The notes under the pieces were generated by a model, which saw nothing but the letters and a program-made list of their open reading frames with translations, did not search any database and was not told the DNA's origin. A stretch of DNA of 64,000 nt from Sumerlaeia bacterium (lineage in GTDB: Bacteria > Sumerlaeota > Sumerlaeia > SLMS01 > JAHLLQ01). Position numbers and translations under genes: made by a program. Shown one piece after another: positions 36,239 to 47,242 of this stretch; the first letter of the stretch is position 1; every line of letters begins with the position of its first letter. The stretch spans positions 96,001 through 160,000 of the forward strand of contig JAVJSW010000039.1 in NCBI GenBank assembly GCA_040219255.1. The letters are read 5' to 3'.

Positions 36239-37513
36239 TCATGCGGTCTCCCCCACCATTTCCTCCTCTGTCGGCGGCAGGGTCCGATCGATCACCGCGG
36301 CGCCGATGGCATCGCCCCAGACGTTGACGGTGGTGCGGAGGCGATCGAGGAACCAATCGACCGGCAGGATCAGGGCGAGTCCGGCAACGGGGGGGTTTTC
36401 GGGGAAAACGCTGGTCAGAATGATGACGATGAACGCGATGCTGGCGGAGGGCACGCCGGCGGCGCCGATGCTGGTGACGGTGGCGAGGATGAAGATCGTG
36501 ATGAGCTGGCCGAGCGTGAGATCGATGTTGAAGGCTTGGCAGATGAAAATCACGGCGACCGCTTCGTAGAGCGCGGTGCCATCCATGTTGACGGTAGCGC
36601 CGAGGGGCAGCACAAAGCCGGCGGCGCGGTCGCTGACACCGCCGCGGACGGTGGCGCTCTCGATGGTCACCGGTAGAGTGCCGGAGGAGGAGGCGGTGGA
36701 GAAGGCGGTGAGAAGAGCGGGGCTGAGGGCGAGTCCGTATTTGAAGGGGTTGCGCCGCGCGAGGAGCCAGCAGAGCAGCGGCAAGATAACGAGGGCATGA
36801 AAGCTGAGGCCGCCGATGACGGCGGCGCAGAATCTGGCCAAACCGGCGAAGAGCGCCGCGATGCCGCCGTCGGTCATGGCCGCTTCGCCGAACTTGCCGG
36901 CCACGAGGCCGTAGATGCCGATGGGCGCGATCCAGAGAATGAGCAGGACGAACTTCATCATGGCTTCGTAAAGGCTGTCGAAGAAGGCGATGAGCGGTTT
37001 GCCCTTTTCGCCCATGGTGGTCAGGATGGCGCCCAGAATGAGCGAGAAGACGATGACCGGCAGCATGTCGGGCTGGCCCATGGCGCCGAAGATGTTCGGG
37101 TGGATGAAGGACAGGATGATGTCGGTGGGGCCGAGGTCTCCCTTGGCGGTGATGGCTTCGTCGACAGCGAGGGCGGCCATGTCGGTGGTCTCGGCGATGC
37201 CTGAACCGGGAGCGATCATGACGACGATGAGGACGCCGATGAAGACCGAAATCGAGGTCGTGAGGGCATAATAGCCGAGGGTGCGCAGGGTGGCTCCGCT
37301 GGCTTTGCGGATGTCGCCGAGCCTCGCCATGCCCATGACCACCGAGGCCAGCACCAGGGGCACGATGATCATCTTCAGCGCCGTCAGGAAGAAGGTCCCG
37401 AGCCAGGCCGTGGAGACGGCGAATTCGGGCGAAAGGGAAACGGTGATCCACGCGAGAATCAGCGCCGCGACAATCCCGATGAGGAGAATATTCGAAAACT
37501 TGGAGTCCGTCAT
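36239..37513 (-). CDS. Dicarboxylate/amino acid:cation symporter (glutamate/aspartate type)
   Basis: LKMIIVPLV, FSTASSSGTLP, ATVNMDGTA and DRLRTTVNVWGD motifs. Confidence 0.92.
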   Translation of the reverse strand: MTDSKFSNILLIGIVAALILAWITVSLSPEFAVSTAWLGTFFLTALKMIIVPLVLASVVMGMARLGDIRKASGATLRTLGYYALTTSISVFIGVLIVVMIAPGSGIAETTDMAALAVDEAITAKGDLGPTDIILSFIHPNIFGAMGQPDMLPVIVFSLILGAILTTMGEKGKPLIAFFDSLYEAMMKFVLLILWIAPIGIYGLVAGKFGEAAMTDGGIAALFAGLARFCAAVIGGLSFHALVILPLLCWLLARRNPFKYGLALSPALLTAFSTASSSGTLPVTIESATVRGGVSDRAAGFVLPLGATVNMDGTALYEAVAVIFICQAFNIDLTLGQLITIFILATVTSIGAAGVPSASIAFIVIILTSVFPENPPVAGLALILPVDWFLDRLRTTVNVWGDAIGAAVIDRTLPPTEEEMVGETA

Positions 37514-37904
37514 GATGAGTCCCGAGAGCCCCTTTGCGTGCCGCATGTTGGAAATGAGGCGCGCAGGTTAGCACGAACGGGGATGCGGCGGGTCAAGCGG
37601 TGAGGAACGGCCCTGCGCTTCAATAACGACGGAGCACTCAAAGAAAAGAGGTTACACAGACAAGTGGAGAGGATTGGATTTTCCCGCTGGGCCGGGATCG
37701 TTGGGCGGCATCGCAGATTTTTCTGGCTCGCTCGGAGAGAATTGTGGTCCGGTGGAATCTTCGATGGGCTGTTATCCGATTCATCCGCATTCATCTGCGG
37801 CTAACTTGAAATCCACCCGCCACTCCCCCTCCGGCGGATGACACTTTTCTCCTAGCCCCGCTCCGCGCCGGTCCCGCAGAGGTGGATCATGGAGTGACTT
37901 GCTT

Positions 37905-38230
37905 ATGTCAGAGACGCAACAAACCCCCGAGGCGCCCCGGCCCGAAACCGTCGAGTCGCCGTTGACCCGCCGCGATCAGGAATATTGGCGCGCGAATTTG
38001 AAACTGATTCTGGCGCTGCTCGCCGTGTGGGCTTTTGTGTCCTTTGTGTGCAGCATCCTGCTGATCGAGGTGCTGAACAAGATCAGCCTCGGTGGCGTAC
38101 CCTTCGGGTTTTGGATGGCGCAGCAGGGCAGCATTTACGTCTTCGTCGTCCTGATTGGTGTGTACGTTCTGGGGATGCGGCGCCTCGAACGCAAGTACGG
38201 CGTCCCCAGCGCTCCGCAAGGGGGCCAGGG

Positions 38231-38234
<4 letters not shown>
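37905..38234 (+). CDS. DUF4212 small membrane partner of SSS transporter
   Basis: YWRANL, GFWMAQQGSIYVF; overlaps the start of the SSS gene. Confidence 0.9.
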
Positions 38235-39937
<1,703 letters not shown>

Positions 39938-39944
39938 GAACCGC

Positions 39945-41063
39945 CTACCGCGCCTGCGCCGCGACGCGCACGAAATCGGCCGCGTCCAGCACCGTGTCGT
40001 CGTTCGCGTCGAGCCGCGGCTCAATCTCGAACGTCGGCACGCACCCGCACGTCATCACGTCGGCGATGGACCGGCGGATGACGCCGGGGCTGGGGGTGGC
40101 GAAGTTCGTCCAATCGTGTTGAAAAGGCCCGGCGCCTGGCATCGGAGCATCAAGGTCGGATGTGATCAGGACATCCCGCAGGTAAGAATTGTCATCCTCG
40201 ATATCGAAGCGAATCGTTTCCGTTGTGAAGCCATCCACCTTCAGGTGAACCCGCATCGGGCCAAACGGCACATCCAGGCCAAACCGGGCTTCATTCGATC
40301 CGTTCGAGGCCGTGGCATGATCCCCCCAATGCAATTCAAAGTCATTGAAGGGGCCGCCTTCTGATGGGAGGGGATAGGTGTAGGAATCTGAGACCAGGGA
40401 TTGCAGCACATTTCCCAGCAGATACTCCGCCGTGACGGTGACTGTGGTTCCTGGGTTGTCGAAGATTTTCTGGTCGTCCACGATGAGGGAAGGAAGTTGC
40501 CGGCTGTGGGCGACCCAGGCTGTCAGTTGAATTGTAAGCCTTGAAAGCAGTGATGACTCGCCCTTTTGAACTTCGTAATTTCGCCAGGGACTCTCAATCA
40601 ATTCCGTCCCCCGGGTTGGTACAATCCAGTTGATGTCTTGTCCGGCGATGTGGGCCGCAAACCAAGTAAACCCGCTAACGCATTTCCCCTCCCCGGGAAA
40701 GCCGATGCCGGATGCGCGGAACGACAAAGGCGTGCCGGGTTCGACGGGAAGCTCCACGCCGAAGTCGAGCCCGCTCTCCGGGTCTGCGTCCATGGTGGCA
40801 GGTCCTGAACCATTGATCCAGACCAGCAGTTCATCCTCCGCTTGGTTCTCGCGGGGGCGAACCGTTATGCCCAGCCGGCTATCCAAATCGTAGAACGAGC
40901 TGACCCGGAAATACACCAAGCGGAAATCGATATCCCCCGCACCCGCTACCCCCGGCATCACGCAGGCGGCCAGCGCCGGAGCCAGTAACCCGGCCCACCG
41001 GAGACGGGACTTTCGATTCTTTCTTGATCGCGTCTGGAGCGGGAAATTGATTGGCGATGTCAC
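39945..41063 (-). CDS. Hypothetical secreted protein with dockerin-like tail; start uncertain
   Basis: Signal-like RLRWAGLLAPALAA; beta-rich body with atypical codons; C-terminal DANDDTVLDAAD. Confidence 0.65.
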   Translation of the reverse strand: MTSPINFPLQTRSRKNRKSRLRWAGLLAPALAACVMPGVAGAGDIDFRLVYFRVSSFYDLDSRLGITVRPRENQAEDELLVWINGSGPATMDADPESGLDFGVELPVEPGTPLSFRASGIGFPGEGKCVSGFTWFAAHIAGQDINWIVPTRGTELIESPWRNYEVQKGESSLLSRLTIQLTAWVAHSRQLPSLIVDDQKIFDNPGTTVTVTAEYLLGNVLQSLVSDSYTYPLPSEGGPFNDFELHWGDHATASNGSNEARFGLDVPFGPMRVHLKVDGFTTETIRFDIEDDNSYLRDVLITSDLDAPMPGAGPFQHDWTNFATPSPGVIRRSIADVMTCGCVPTFEIEPRLDANDDTVLDAADFVRVAAQAR

Positions 41064-41198
41064 GGCGGCAGGGGAACTCGGCAGCAAAAGTGTGAGCTTC
41101 AAATTTGAGAGCGATGAAAGCCAGGCCTCGAACCGTTGGCAATCGCAGAGTGACAGGGCGCCACCAGATTTCGCCACTTAATGGATGACTTTCATGCG

Positions 41199-41227
41199 TT
41201 GACAGATTCGGCGGCGCGTTATACTTT
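41199..41227 (+). promoter_or_regulatory. Candidate sigma70 promoter
   Basis: TTGACA followed by TATACT (15-bp spacer) or TACTTT (17-bp spacer) upstream of the vWA gene. Confidence 0.45.
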
Positions 41228-41261
41228 GATAATGAAATATGTCCACCGGAGCCCCCTTCCC

Positions 41262-43112
41262 ATGCTTACTCCGCTCTGGCGCGCGGTGCTGCCGCTGCTC
41301 TTTCTCGGAGCCGTGATGGTACCCCGCGCCGCCCACGCCGTCCCCGAAGTCACCTATTATCTGGTGGATCGGTCGCTTTCCATGAACTCCTCGGCGCGCG
41401 ATGGGCGAGCGTTGCTGGATCATGCGCGGTCGCGGGCGTTGACGTCGATTTCCCGCAAGCCCCCGATCCAGGACCGCCGCCGGGTGGTGCTGATTTTCTT
41501 CGACTCGGACCCGACCCGCGCGAACCGCATCGAAATTGCCGAGGCGGATCTGGCGAACGTGGAAAGTCTGCTGGCGACGAACTTCATGGCGCGCGGCAAG
41601 CACACGGTGGTCGGCGCGCGGATCGAGGAAATCCGCCGCGAACTGCTCGCCCTGCGGCCCGCCAAGGCGGAGATTCATCTGTTCAGCGATTTGCAGGAAA
41701 ACTTCCACGGTCTGCCCGCCGAAGCCGCGACGCCGATTTCGCTCCAGGCCGCGCTCGACCGCCTGCTCGGCGACGTGGGCACGGACCGGGGCGCCACGGC
41801 GCTGCTGTTCTATCTCTACGCCCCGCCGGCGATGCAACTCCGGCCCGGGTCGTTCGCTTCCACAGACAGCGATGGCATCGAATACCAGCTCGAATTCCCG
41901 CCGGACCGCGTTCTGTTTCGCGACATCGCGCGGCCATTGGTCGAGGCATTTCTCGACGCTCCGTCGGCAACGCCGGTCTTTCGCATCGCCGAGGAACGCG
42001 TCGGCGCGGCGACGGGAGCCATCGCCGAGGTCCGTCTGTCGGGATTCCTGGAACCGCTGCTGAGCAGCCGGGGCGCCCGCCTGGCCATTCGCGGTCACTT
42101 GGAAATCGAGGACGGTCAGCGATTCGTGCTGCGCCTGAACGATCAGACGCAGCTCGATGTGACGCCCGGGTCTTCGCGCTTCGGGCCGATGACGGTGGTG
42201 GCGGAGTTGCCGCCAGCCGTGCCGTTCGCCGACCTGGAGAGCGGCGCGCGGCGCGCCTTTGTGATTCTCGAACCCATCCTTTCGGCGATTCCCCGTCCGT
42301 TGGAAGCGGAAGATGTGGACGGCGGGGTTCCGCTTCGCGTCGGGGCCCGGTTCGCCTATCGGCCGCGCATGGAGATCGCCGGTCATCGCGGCGACGAAAC
42401 GATCGCCTTCAACGAACTGCTCGATGGGGCCCCTTGCTGGATGGATTTCGAGCTTCTCTGGAACGCTTCGGTGGAGGACGAGATCCTGGCGTGGCGGCTC
42501 GATCCGGTGGTTCCCCAGATCACGCGGTTGCTGGATGGCGCCGGCCGGCGCCAGGGCCAGGCGTTCCTGGTGCCCACGGGCCTCGGACAGCGGCGGGCCA
42601 CCTACACGCTGCACTGGGACAATTTGCGACCCTACCATGGGGCCTTCGTCGTCGAGACGGCGGGCGGCGAGGAACTGATTCGCCAGCCGCTGGCCATCAC
42701 GACCGCCGAGCCGAGGCTGGAACTGGCGGGCGAAGCCATCGCCGCTTCGAACCTGACGCCTGGGGGCAAGGCTCTGGTGCCGTTCCGGCTGACCGGGAAC
42801 AACGCGGTGGAGGGGCTTTTCATGCCTTGGCGCCTCGAACCTCCGCCGCCCTTCCTAATCCGCCTTCTGCGGGGCGACGGCACCGTTTTTCCGCAGCGCA
42901 CGGCCATCGCGATTTCCCAAACGGATAGCGGCGTGCTGGCCTTTGGAATTCAGGGGGCGCGGGATTACGAGGGCGAGTTGGTCTTTACTCTCAATCCTCC
43001 GAACCGGGAACCGGCGGACGTGCGCATTCCGGTGCGGATCGAGGTGCGAGGGGATGCGCCGGCGACGGGAACGCTGACGGCGGAGGCGGGAATTCCAGCC
43101 ATCTCGCCGTGA
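41262..43112 (+). CDS. Secreted vWA-domain protein with C-terminal beta-sandwich regions; start uncertain
   Basis: Signal peptide, MIDAS-like YLVDRSLSM and LFSDLQEN. Confidence 0.7.
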   Translation: MLTPLWRAVLPLLFLGAVMVPRAAHAVPEVTYYLVDRSLSMNSSARDGRALLDHARSRALTSISRKPPIQDRRRVVLIFFDSDPTRANRIEIAEADLANVESLLATNFMARGKHTVVGARIEEIRRELLALRPAKAEIHLFSDLQENFHGLPAEAATPISLQAALDRLLGDVGTDRGATALLFYLYAPPAMQLRPGSFASTDSDGIEYQLEFPPDRVLFRDIARPLVEAFLDAPSATPVFRIAEERVGAATGAIAEVRLSGFLEPLLSSRGARLAIRGHLEIEDGQRFVLRLNDQTQLDVTPGSSRFGPMTVVAELPPAVPFADLESGARRAFVILEPILSAIPRPLEAEDVDGGVPLRVGARFAYRPRMEIAGHRGDETIAFNELLDGAPCWMDFELLWNASVEDEILAWRLDPVVPQITRLLDGAGRRQGQAFLVPTGLGQRRATYTLHWDNLRPYHGAFVVETAGGEELIRQPLAITTAEPRLELAGEAIAASNLTPGGKALVPFRLTGNNAVEGLFMPWRLEPPPPFLIRLLRGDGTVFPQRTAIAISQTDSGVLAFGIQGARDYEGELVFTLNPPNREPADVRIPVRIEVRGDAPATGTLTAEAGIPAISP

Positions 43113-43115
43113 TTC

Positions 43116-43646
43116 TCAAAACGGCCCAACGGATTTCCACGTCGCTCCCTGGGCCGCGGCATGTTCCTTCGCCCAGGTTTCATAGGCGGGGAAGCCGTCG
43201 GGCAGGGGGGTTTTGGGCAGCGTCTTGTGCTCCGGATGGCAGTCCTGACAGCCGAAGCCGGCGGCGTCGTGGAGGGCGAAATAGTATTCGGTGCGGCGCT
43301 TCGCTTCGTCTTCCGGCTGGCCCCGTTTTTTCCATTCCTCGACAAAAAGTTCGACGTAGCGTTCGCGCGGGGCGTAGTTGCTGAACTCGCCGTGGCAGTA
43401 GGAGGAATAGCACCCCATCTGGGTGGTGTAGGGGGCGCCCACGCCGGTCTTCTTGTGGCATTTGTGACAGGGGTAGTCCTCGCCCTGGTGCCAGACATCG
43501 GGGTGCATGTTGAGGTCCATGTCGGCCACATAGAGGCGGGGGTTGTCTTTTCCGGCCTGGAAGAGCCAGCCGGTGACGCCGAGGGACACCATGACGGCGG
43601 CCAGGCTGAGGTAGCGGGGGACGCGCTTTTCGCTCGCGATCGCCAT
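43116..43646 (-). CDS. Membrane-anchored triheme cytochrome c
   Basis: N-terminal TM; CHKCH, CYSSYCH (CX4CH) and CQDCH..H, plus extra His residues. Confidence 0.85.
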   Translation of the reverse strand: MAIASEKRVPRYLSLAAVMVSLGVTGWLFQAGKDNPRLYVADMDLNMHPDVWHQGEDYPCHKCHKKTGVGAPYTTQMGCYSSYCHGEFSNYAPRERYVELFVEEWKKRGQPEDEAKRRTEYYFALHDAAGFGCQDCHPEHKTLPKTPLPDGFPAYETWAKEHAAAQGATWKSVGPF

Positions 43647-43660
43647 GGATGGGGAGCCTT

Positions 43661-45766
43661 TCAGGAACCGAGCTTGATCGAGACGTAGATATGCAGAATG
43701 GCCAGAACGATGAAGAAGATGGCCAGCGGGTAGTGGACGAGGCGCCAGCCCGACAGGAGCTGGGCGGAGAGAAGCGACAGCATGCGGGTGCGTTCGTTGG
43801 TCTCGCCGCTGCCGCGCAGATTGAGTTCGGACACGAGCAGTTGGCGCCGCAGTTGGCGGAAGATGACGAGGCCGACGGCGCCGCTGACGGCGGTGACGAA
43901 GAGCACCGAGCCCATGAGCACGGACAGCCAGGGCGGGGCGGCCTCTCCCCCGGGGGCGAGACCCCGGAGCCAATTGCCGGAGTGTATCAGCAGCATCATG
44001 ACCGCCGGAACGGCTGTGGCGATGTGCGTGTAGAGCCAGGCGCGGAGGCTGCCGATGACGGGAACCTGCTTCTTGCGCGCGAGGGCGACGTAGAAAATGC
44101 AGAACAGGGAGAAGCCGAGCAGGTACGTTCCGGCGTCGCCGATCCAGTCGAGAAAGGCGGAGAGTCCGGCGTTGCGCAGGGAGCTTTCTCCCAGGATGCC
44201 GCCCGCGGTGATGGTGAGCCAGATCGCCGCGACGAGCAGGCCCTGGAGCAGCATGGACTTTTTTTCCTTCTTGCCGAAGCGGCGCAGCGAATCGCCGAGC
44301 AGTTGGTTGGCGCCGGCGTTCGACATGCGCCGCGAAGTGGACGAGTCGGAAAGGACCTTCTGCCAGGCTTCGTAGCAGGCGTCGAAATCCTTGAAGCGTT
44401 TAGCCGGGTCTTTATCCAGCATGCGCTGGATGACTCGGTCGACGGAGCGCGGAAGCTCCTCGTTGAGGGAGGACGGCGCGGGCGCGGGCGCGTTGATATG
44501 CTGGTCGATGATGTCGGCCATTTTCTGTCCGGTGAAAGGCATCTTGCCCGTGAGGGCATAGAAGAGAGTGACGCCGAGGGAATATTGGTCCGTGGCGGGG
44601 GTCAGGGGGAGCATCTGACACTGCTCGGGGGAAGCGAACAGGAGCGTTCCAGCGAAGCCGTAATCCTTTTCCTGGAACGCGGCGGCGGCTTCGGCGAGAC
44701 CGAAGTCGACGATTTTCAGGTCGCCGTTCTCGTCCACCATCATGTTGGCGGGTTTGATGTCGCGGTGGATCAGGCCGTCTTCGGCGGTGCGGCCAAGGGC
44801 GCTGCACGCCTGGCAGGCGATGTTGGCGACCACTTCGATGGGCATACCGCCCCCGCTGTCCTTGGCCAGGTCTTTCAGGGTCTTGCCGTTGATGTGCTCC
44901 ATCGTGAAGAAAGCGTTTCCGTTTTCTTCGAAGATCTCGAAAATCTTCACGATGCGGGCGTGGTTGATGGCTGCCAGGGTTTGGGCTTCTTTGCGGAAGG
45001 CCGCGACGAAGGCTCCGGCGGAGGCGCGGCGGGGCACTTCGAGACGCTTCATCGCCACGTAGCGGTTGAGCGAGACCTGCTTGGCGAGGTAGACGTCGCC
45101 CTGGCCGCCGCTGCCGAGGCGGTCGAGGATGATGTGGCGGGCGAGGACCTGGCCGATCATTTCGCTCTTGAGGCGAGAGGTCGAAAGGCGCAGGCGCTCT
45201 TCGTCGGTGAGCGTGTGTGAGAGGTCGTTGGCCGGATCGAAGACGGTGCTGGGGTTGGAAAGGCTGGGGGCCTGGCTGAGTCCGGCCATTTGGCTGTCGA
45301 CGATGGTGGCGTCGCCAGAGGCCACGGGAGCCATCGGATTGCTGGGGCGGCTCTCGCGAAGGGGAGCGGCCTGGGTGCGGAAAGGGTCCGGTTGGGCCTC
45401 CGCCGCCGCCGCGCCGAAGGCGTCGGCGCGGTCGACTCGGGTGTCTGACGGCACGCGGATCAGGGTGTCGGCGTCGGGCATTTCGGCGGGCAGATGCTCG
45501 CGGAGCTTGGGAGTGGCGAGGATGTCGAGCAGTTCTTGGAGATTGCCCCGTTCCTTCGGGGAGAGGTTGGCGTTCTCCGCCAGAAGATCGGCCAGGGCCA
45601 TGGGCGGGTCGGCCTGGTGCTGCGCCTCGACCAGCAAGTCGTAGTGATGGGGTTGGAAGAGATCGTGACGGACGAGTATTCCAAAGAGGAGAAAATCCTC
45701 CTTGTAAAGGAAATGGCGCCGTTCGTCATCGGCGAGAGTGGGGGCGAGGAGCGTCTTGTCATCCAT
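43661..45766 (-). CDS. Ser/Thr protein kinase fused to a C-terminal cytochrome-b-like membrane domain
   Basis: GSGGQG, VAMK, HRDIKPAN, DFG, SPEQ and DQYSLG; then 5 TM segments with His pairs HIATAVPAVMMLLIH and HYPLAIFFIVLAILH. Confidence 0.88.
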   Translation of the reverse strand: MDDKTLLAPTLADDERRHFLYKEDFLLFGILVRHDLFQPHHYDLLVEAQHQADPPMALADLLAENANLSPKERGNLQELLDILATPKLREHLPAEMPDADTLIRVPSDTRVDRADAFGAAAAEAQPDPFRTQAAPLRESRPSNPMAPVASGDATIVDSQMAGLSQAPSLSNPSTVFDPANDLSHTLTDEERLRLSTSRLKSEMIGQVLARHIILDRLGSGGQGDVYLAKQVSLNRYVAMKRLEVPRRASAGAFVAAFRKEAQTLAAINHARIVKIFEIFEENGNAFFTMEHINGKTLKDLAKDSGGGMPIEVVANIACQACSALGRTAEDGLIHRDIKPANMMVDENGDLKIVDFGLAEAAAAFQEKDYGFAGTLLFASPEQCQMLPLTPATDQYSLGVTLFYALTGKMPFTGQKMADIIDQHINAPAPAPSSLNEELPRSVDRVIQRMLDKDPAKRFKDFDACYEAWQKVLSDSSTSRRMSNAGANQLLGDSLRRFGKKEKKSMLLQGLLVAAIWLTITAGGILGESSLRNAGLSAFLDWIGDAGTYLLGFSLFCIFYVALARKKQVPVIGSLRAWLYTHIATAVPAVMMLLIHSGNWLRGLAPGGEAAPPWLSVLMGSVLFVTAVSGAVGLVIFRQLRRQLLVSELNLRGSGETNERTRMLSLLSAQLLSGWRLVHYPLAIFFIVLAILHIYVSIKLGS

Positions 45767-45967
45767 AGGTAGGGACCGTGCTGGGATGGAGCCGTAAGGT
45801 CAAGCCAGCACCGCTGGCGCGAAAGGATTTGTCCGGCAAGGGACAGAGAGGTAATATTGCCCGGAAAGACAAAAAGCCGGTGGAGGGGTTCTCGATCAGG
45901 GAACGATTACTGCTCCCGCCGGGAATCCGTCACCAGAAAAATGTCGCTGAGAGGCCTTCCATTCGAA

Positions 45968-47242
45968 ATGTCGATCTTCAAGAGCAAAAATGAAATTGTC
46001 CTGTTTATGATCGTGCTTGGGGGAACGCTCCTGGCCATGATCGCCGTGCTACTGGTCGAGCCCGAACCGTCACAAGCGGGCGGCGAGGGAGAAAGCCATG
46101 CCGCCACCGGCGCGGTGGACGGAGCCGGTGCATCCACCTCCGGGAGCGAGGGCGCGGGTTCGCGGCCCGCCACCGGAACGGCCTCGCGGCCTGCGGGCTC
46201 AGGCCCGGCCAGCCGTCCAAGCGGACCGGCCTCGCGCCCGGCGGCGACGATCGTGACCCCCGCCCCGACTCCCCGGCCCACTCCGGAACCGTCAGCCACG
46301 CCCGCGCCGCAGCCAACCGCGGAATCCGTGTCCGCCGAGTTGGCGGAGGCAATGCCCGAGACGCCTGCGGAACCCTCCGTTGCGCAGGGAGACTTGAGAT
46401 TGCGCCCGGCCAACGACGGCGTGTTGACGCCAGCCGAAGTCACGCTGGAGGCGCTCATGCCGGTCGAGACGTACCAGTCGCTCCTCGACGCCTACGTCCG
46501 CGGCCGCGGAGTCGATTATGAAGCTTTGGTGGCGCAAGGGCGCGACGATCTGACGCGGGTGACGGACGCGATGGCCGAGGCGAAAGCGCGGATCCAAACC
46601 GCCGAAGTGTACTCCGATCCCGCGTCGCACGAATACCGCACACTGACGGCCTTCCTCATCAACGCCTACAACGCGCTGACGCTTGAGACGATCGTCGATC
46701 ATTATCCGCTGAACAGCATCATGGATATCGACAAACCCTGGGACACGCCGCTGCCGTTTATGGGGCGCGAGGCGACGCTCAATGAAATCGAGCACGAGAT
46801 GCTGCGCCTCAACAAAGCGTCCGAAGAGATGCGTCGGCAGTTCGTCGACCCCCGGCTGCACTTCGCGGTGAACTGCGCCAGCGTCGGCTGTCCGATCCTC
46901 CAGCCCGTGGTGTTCACGGCGGACAACGTCGAGGAACTCTACGACCAGGGCGTCCGGGATTTCATGAGCGATCCCACGAAGTACCGCTTAGAGAACGGCA
47001 CGCTGCATATCAGCCAACTGCTCGACTGGTACGGCGAGGACTTTCAGCTTCAATTCGAAAACGCGGACGCGGCGGAGAACCTGCGCCGGCGCGGCGTGGA
47101 CAACGCGGACAAGTGGGCCGCGGTCGGAACGTTCTTCGCCGAATACGAGGACGACTCCGCGACGGCGGAGGCCCTTCGGAGCGGAGAGTTTTGGGTGGAA
47201 TTGCTGGAGTACGACTGGAGCCTGAACCGGGCGGCTCGCTAG
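45968..47242 (+). CDS. DUF547 domain protein with N-terminal TM and Pro-rich linker
   Basis: VDY, AFLINAYNA, TLNEIEH, DPRLHFAVNCASVGCP and YDWSLN motifs. Confidence 0.88.
   Translation: MSIFKSKNEIVLFMIVLGGTLLAMIAVLLVEPEPSQAGGEGESHAATGAVDGAGASTSGSEGAGSRPATGTASRPAGSGPASRPSGPASRPAATIVTPAPTPRPTPEPSATPAPQPTAESVSAELAEAMPETPAEPSVAQGDLRLRPANDGVLTPAEVTLEALMPVETYQSLLDAYVRGRGVDYEALVAQGRDDLTRVTDAMAEAKARIQTAEVYSDPASHEYRTLTAFLINAYNALTLETIVDHYPLNSIMDIDKPWDTPLPFMGREATLNEIEHEMLRLNKASEEMRRQFVDPRLHFAVNCASVGCPILQPVVFTADNVEELYDQGVRDFMSDPTKYRLENGTLHISQLLDWYGEDFQLQFENADAAENLRRRGVDNADKWAAVGTFFAEYEDDSATAEALRSGEFWVELLEYDWSLNRAAR

Noticed and set aside
43647-43973. Longer N-terminus for the cytochrome, or a frameshifted kinase-cytochrome fusion
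   Set aside because: The extension overlaps the kinase C-terminus in another frame; the kinase has its own stop and the cytochrome has its own ATG and TM anchor.
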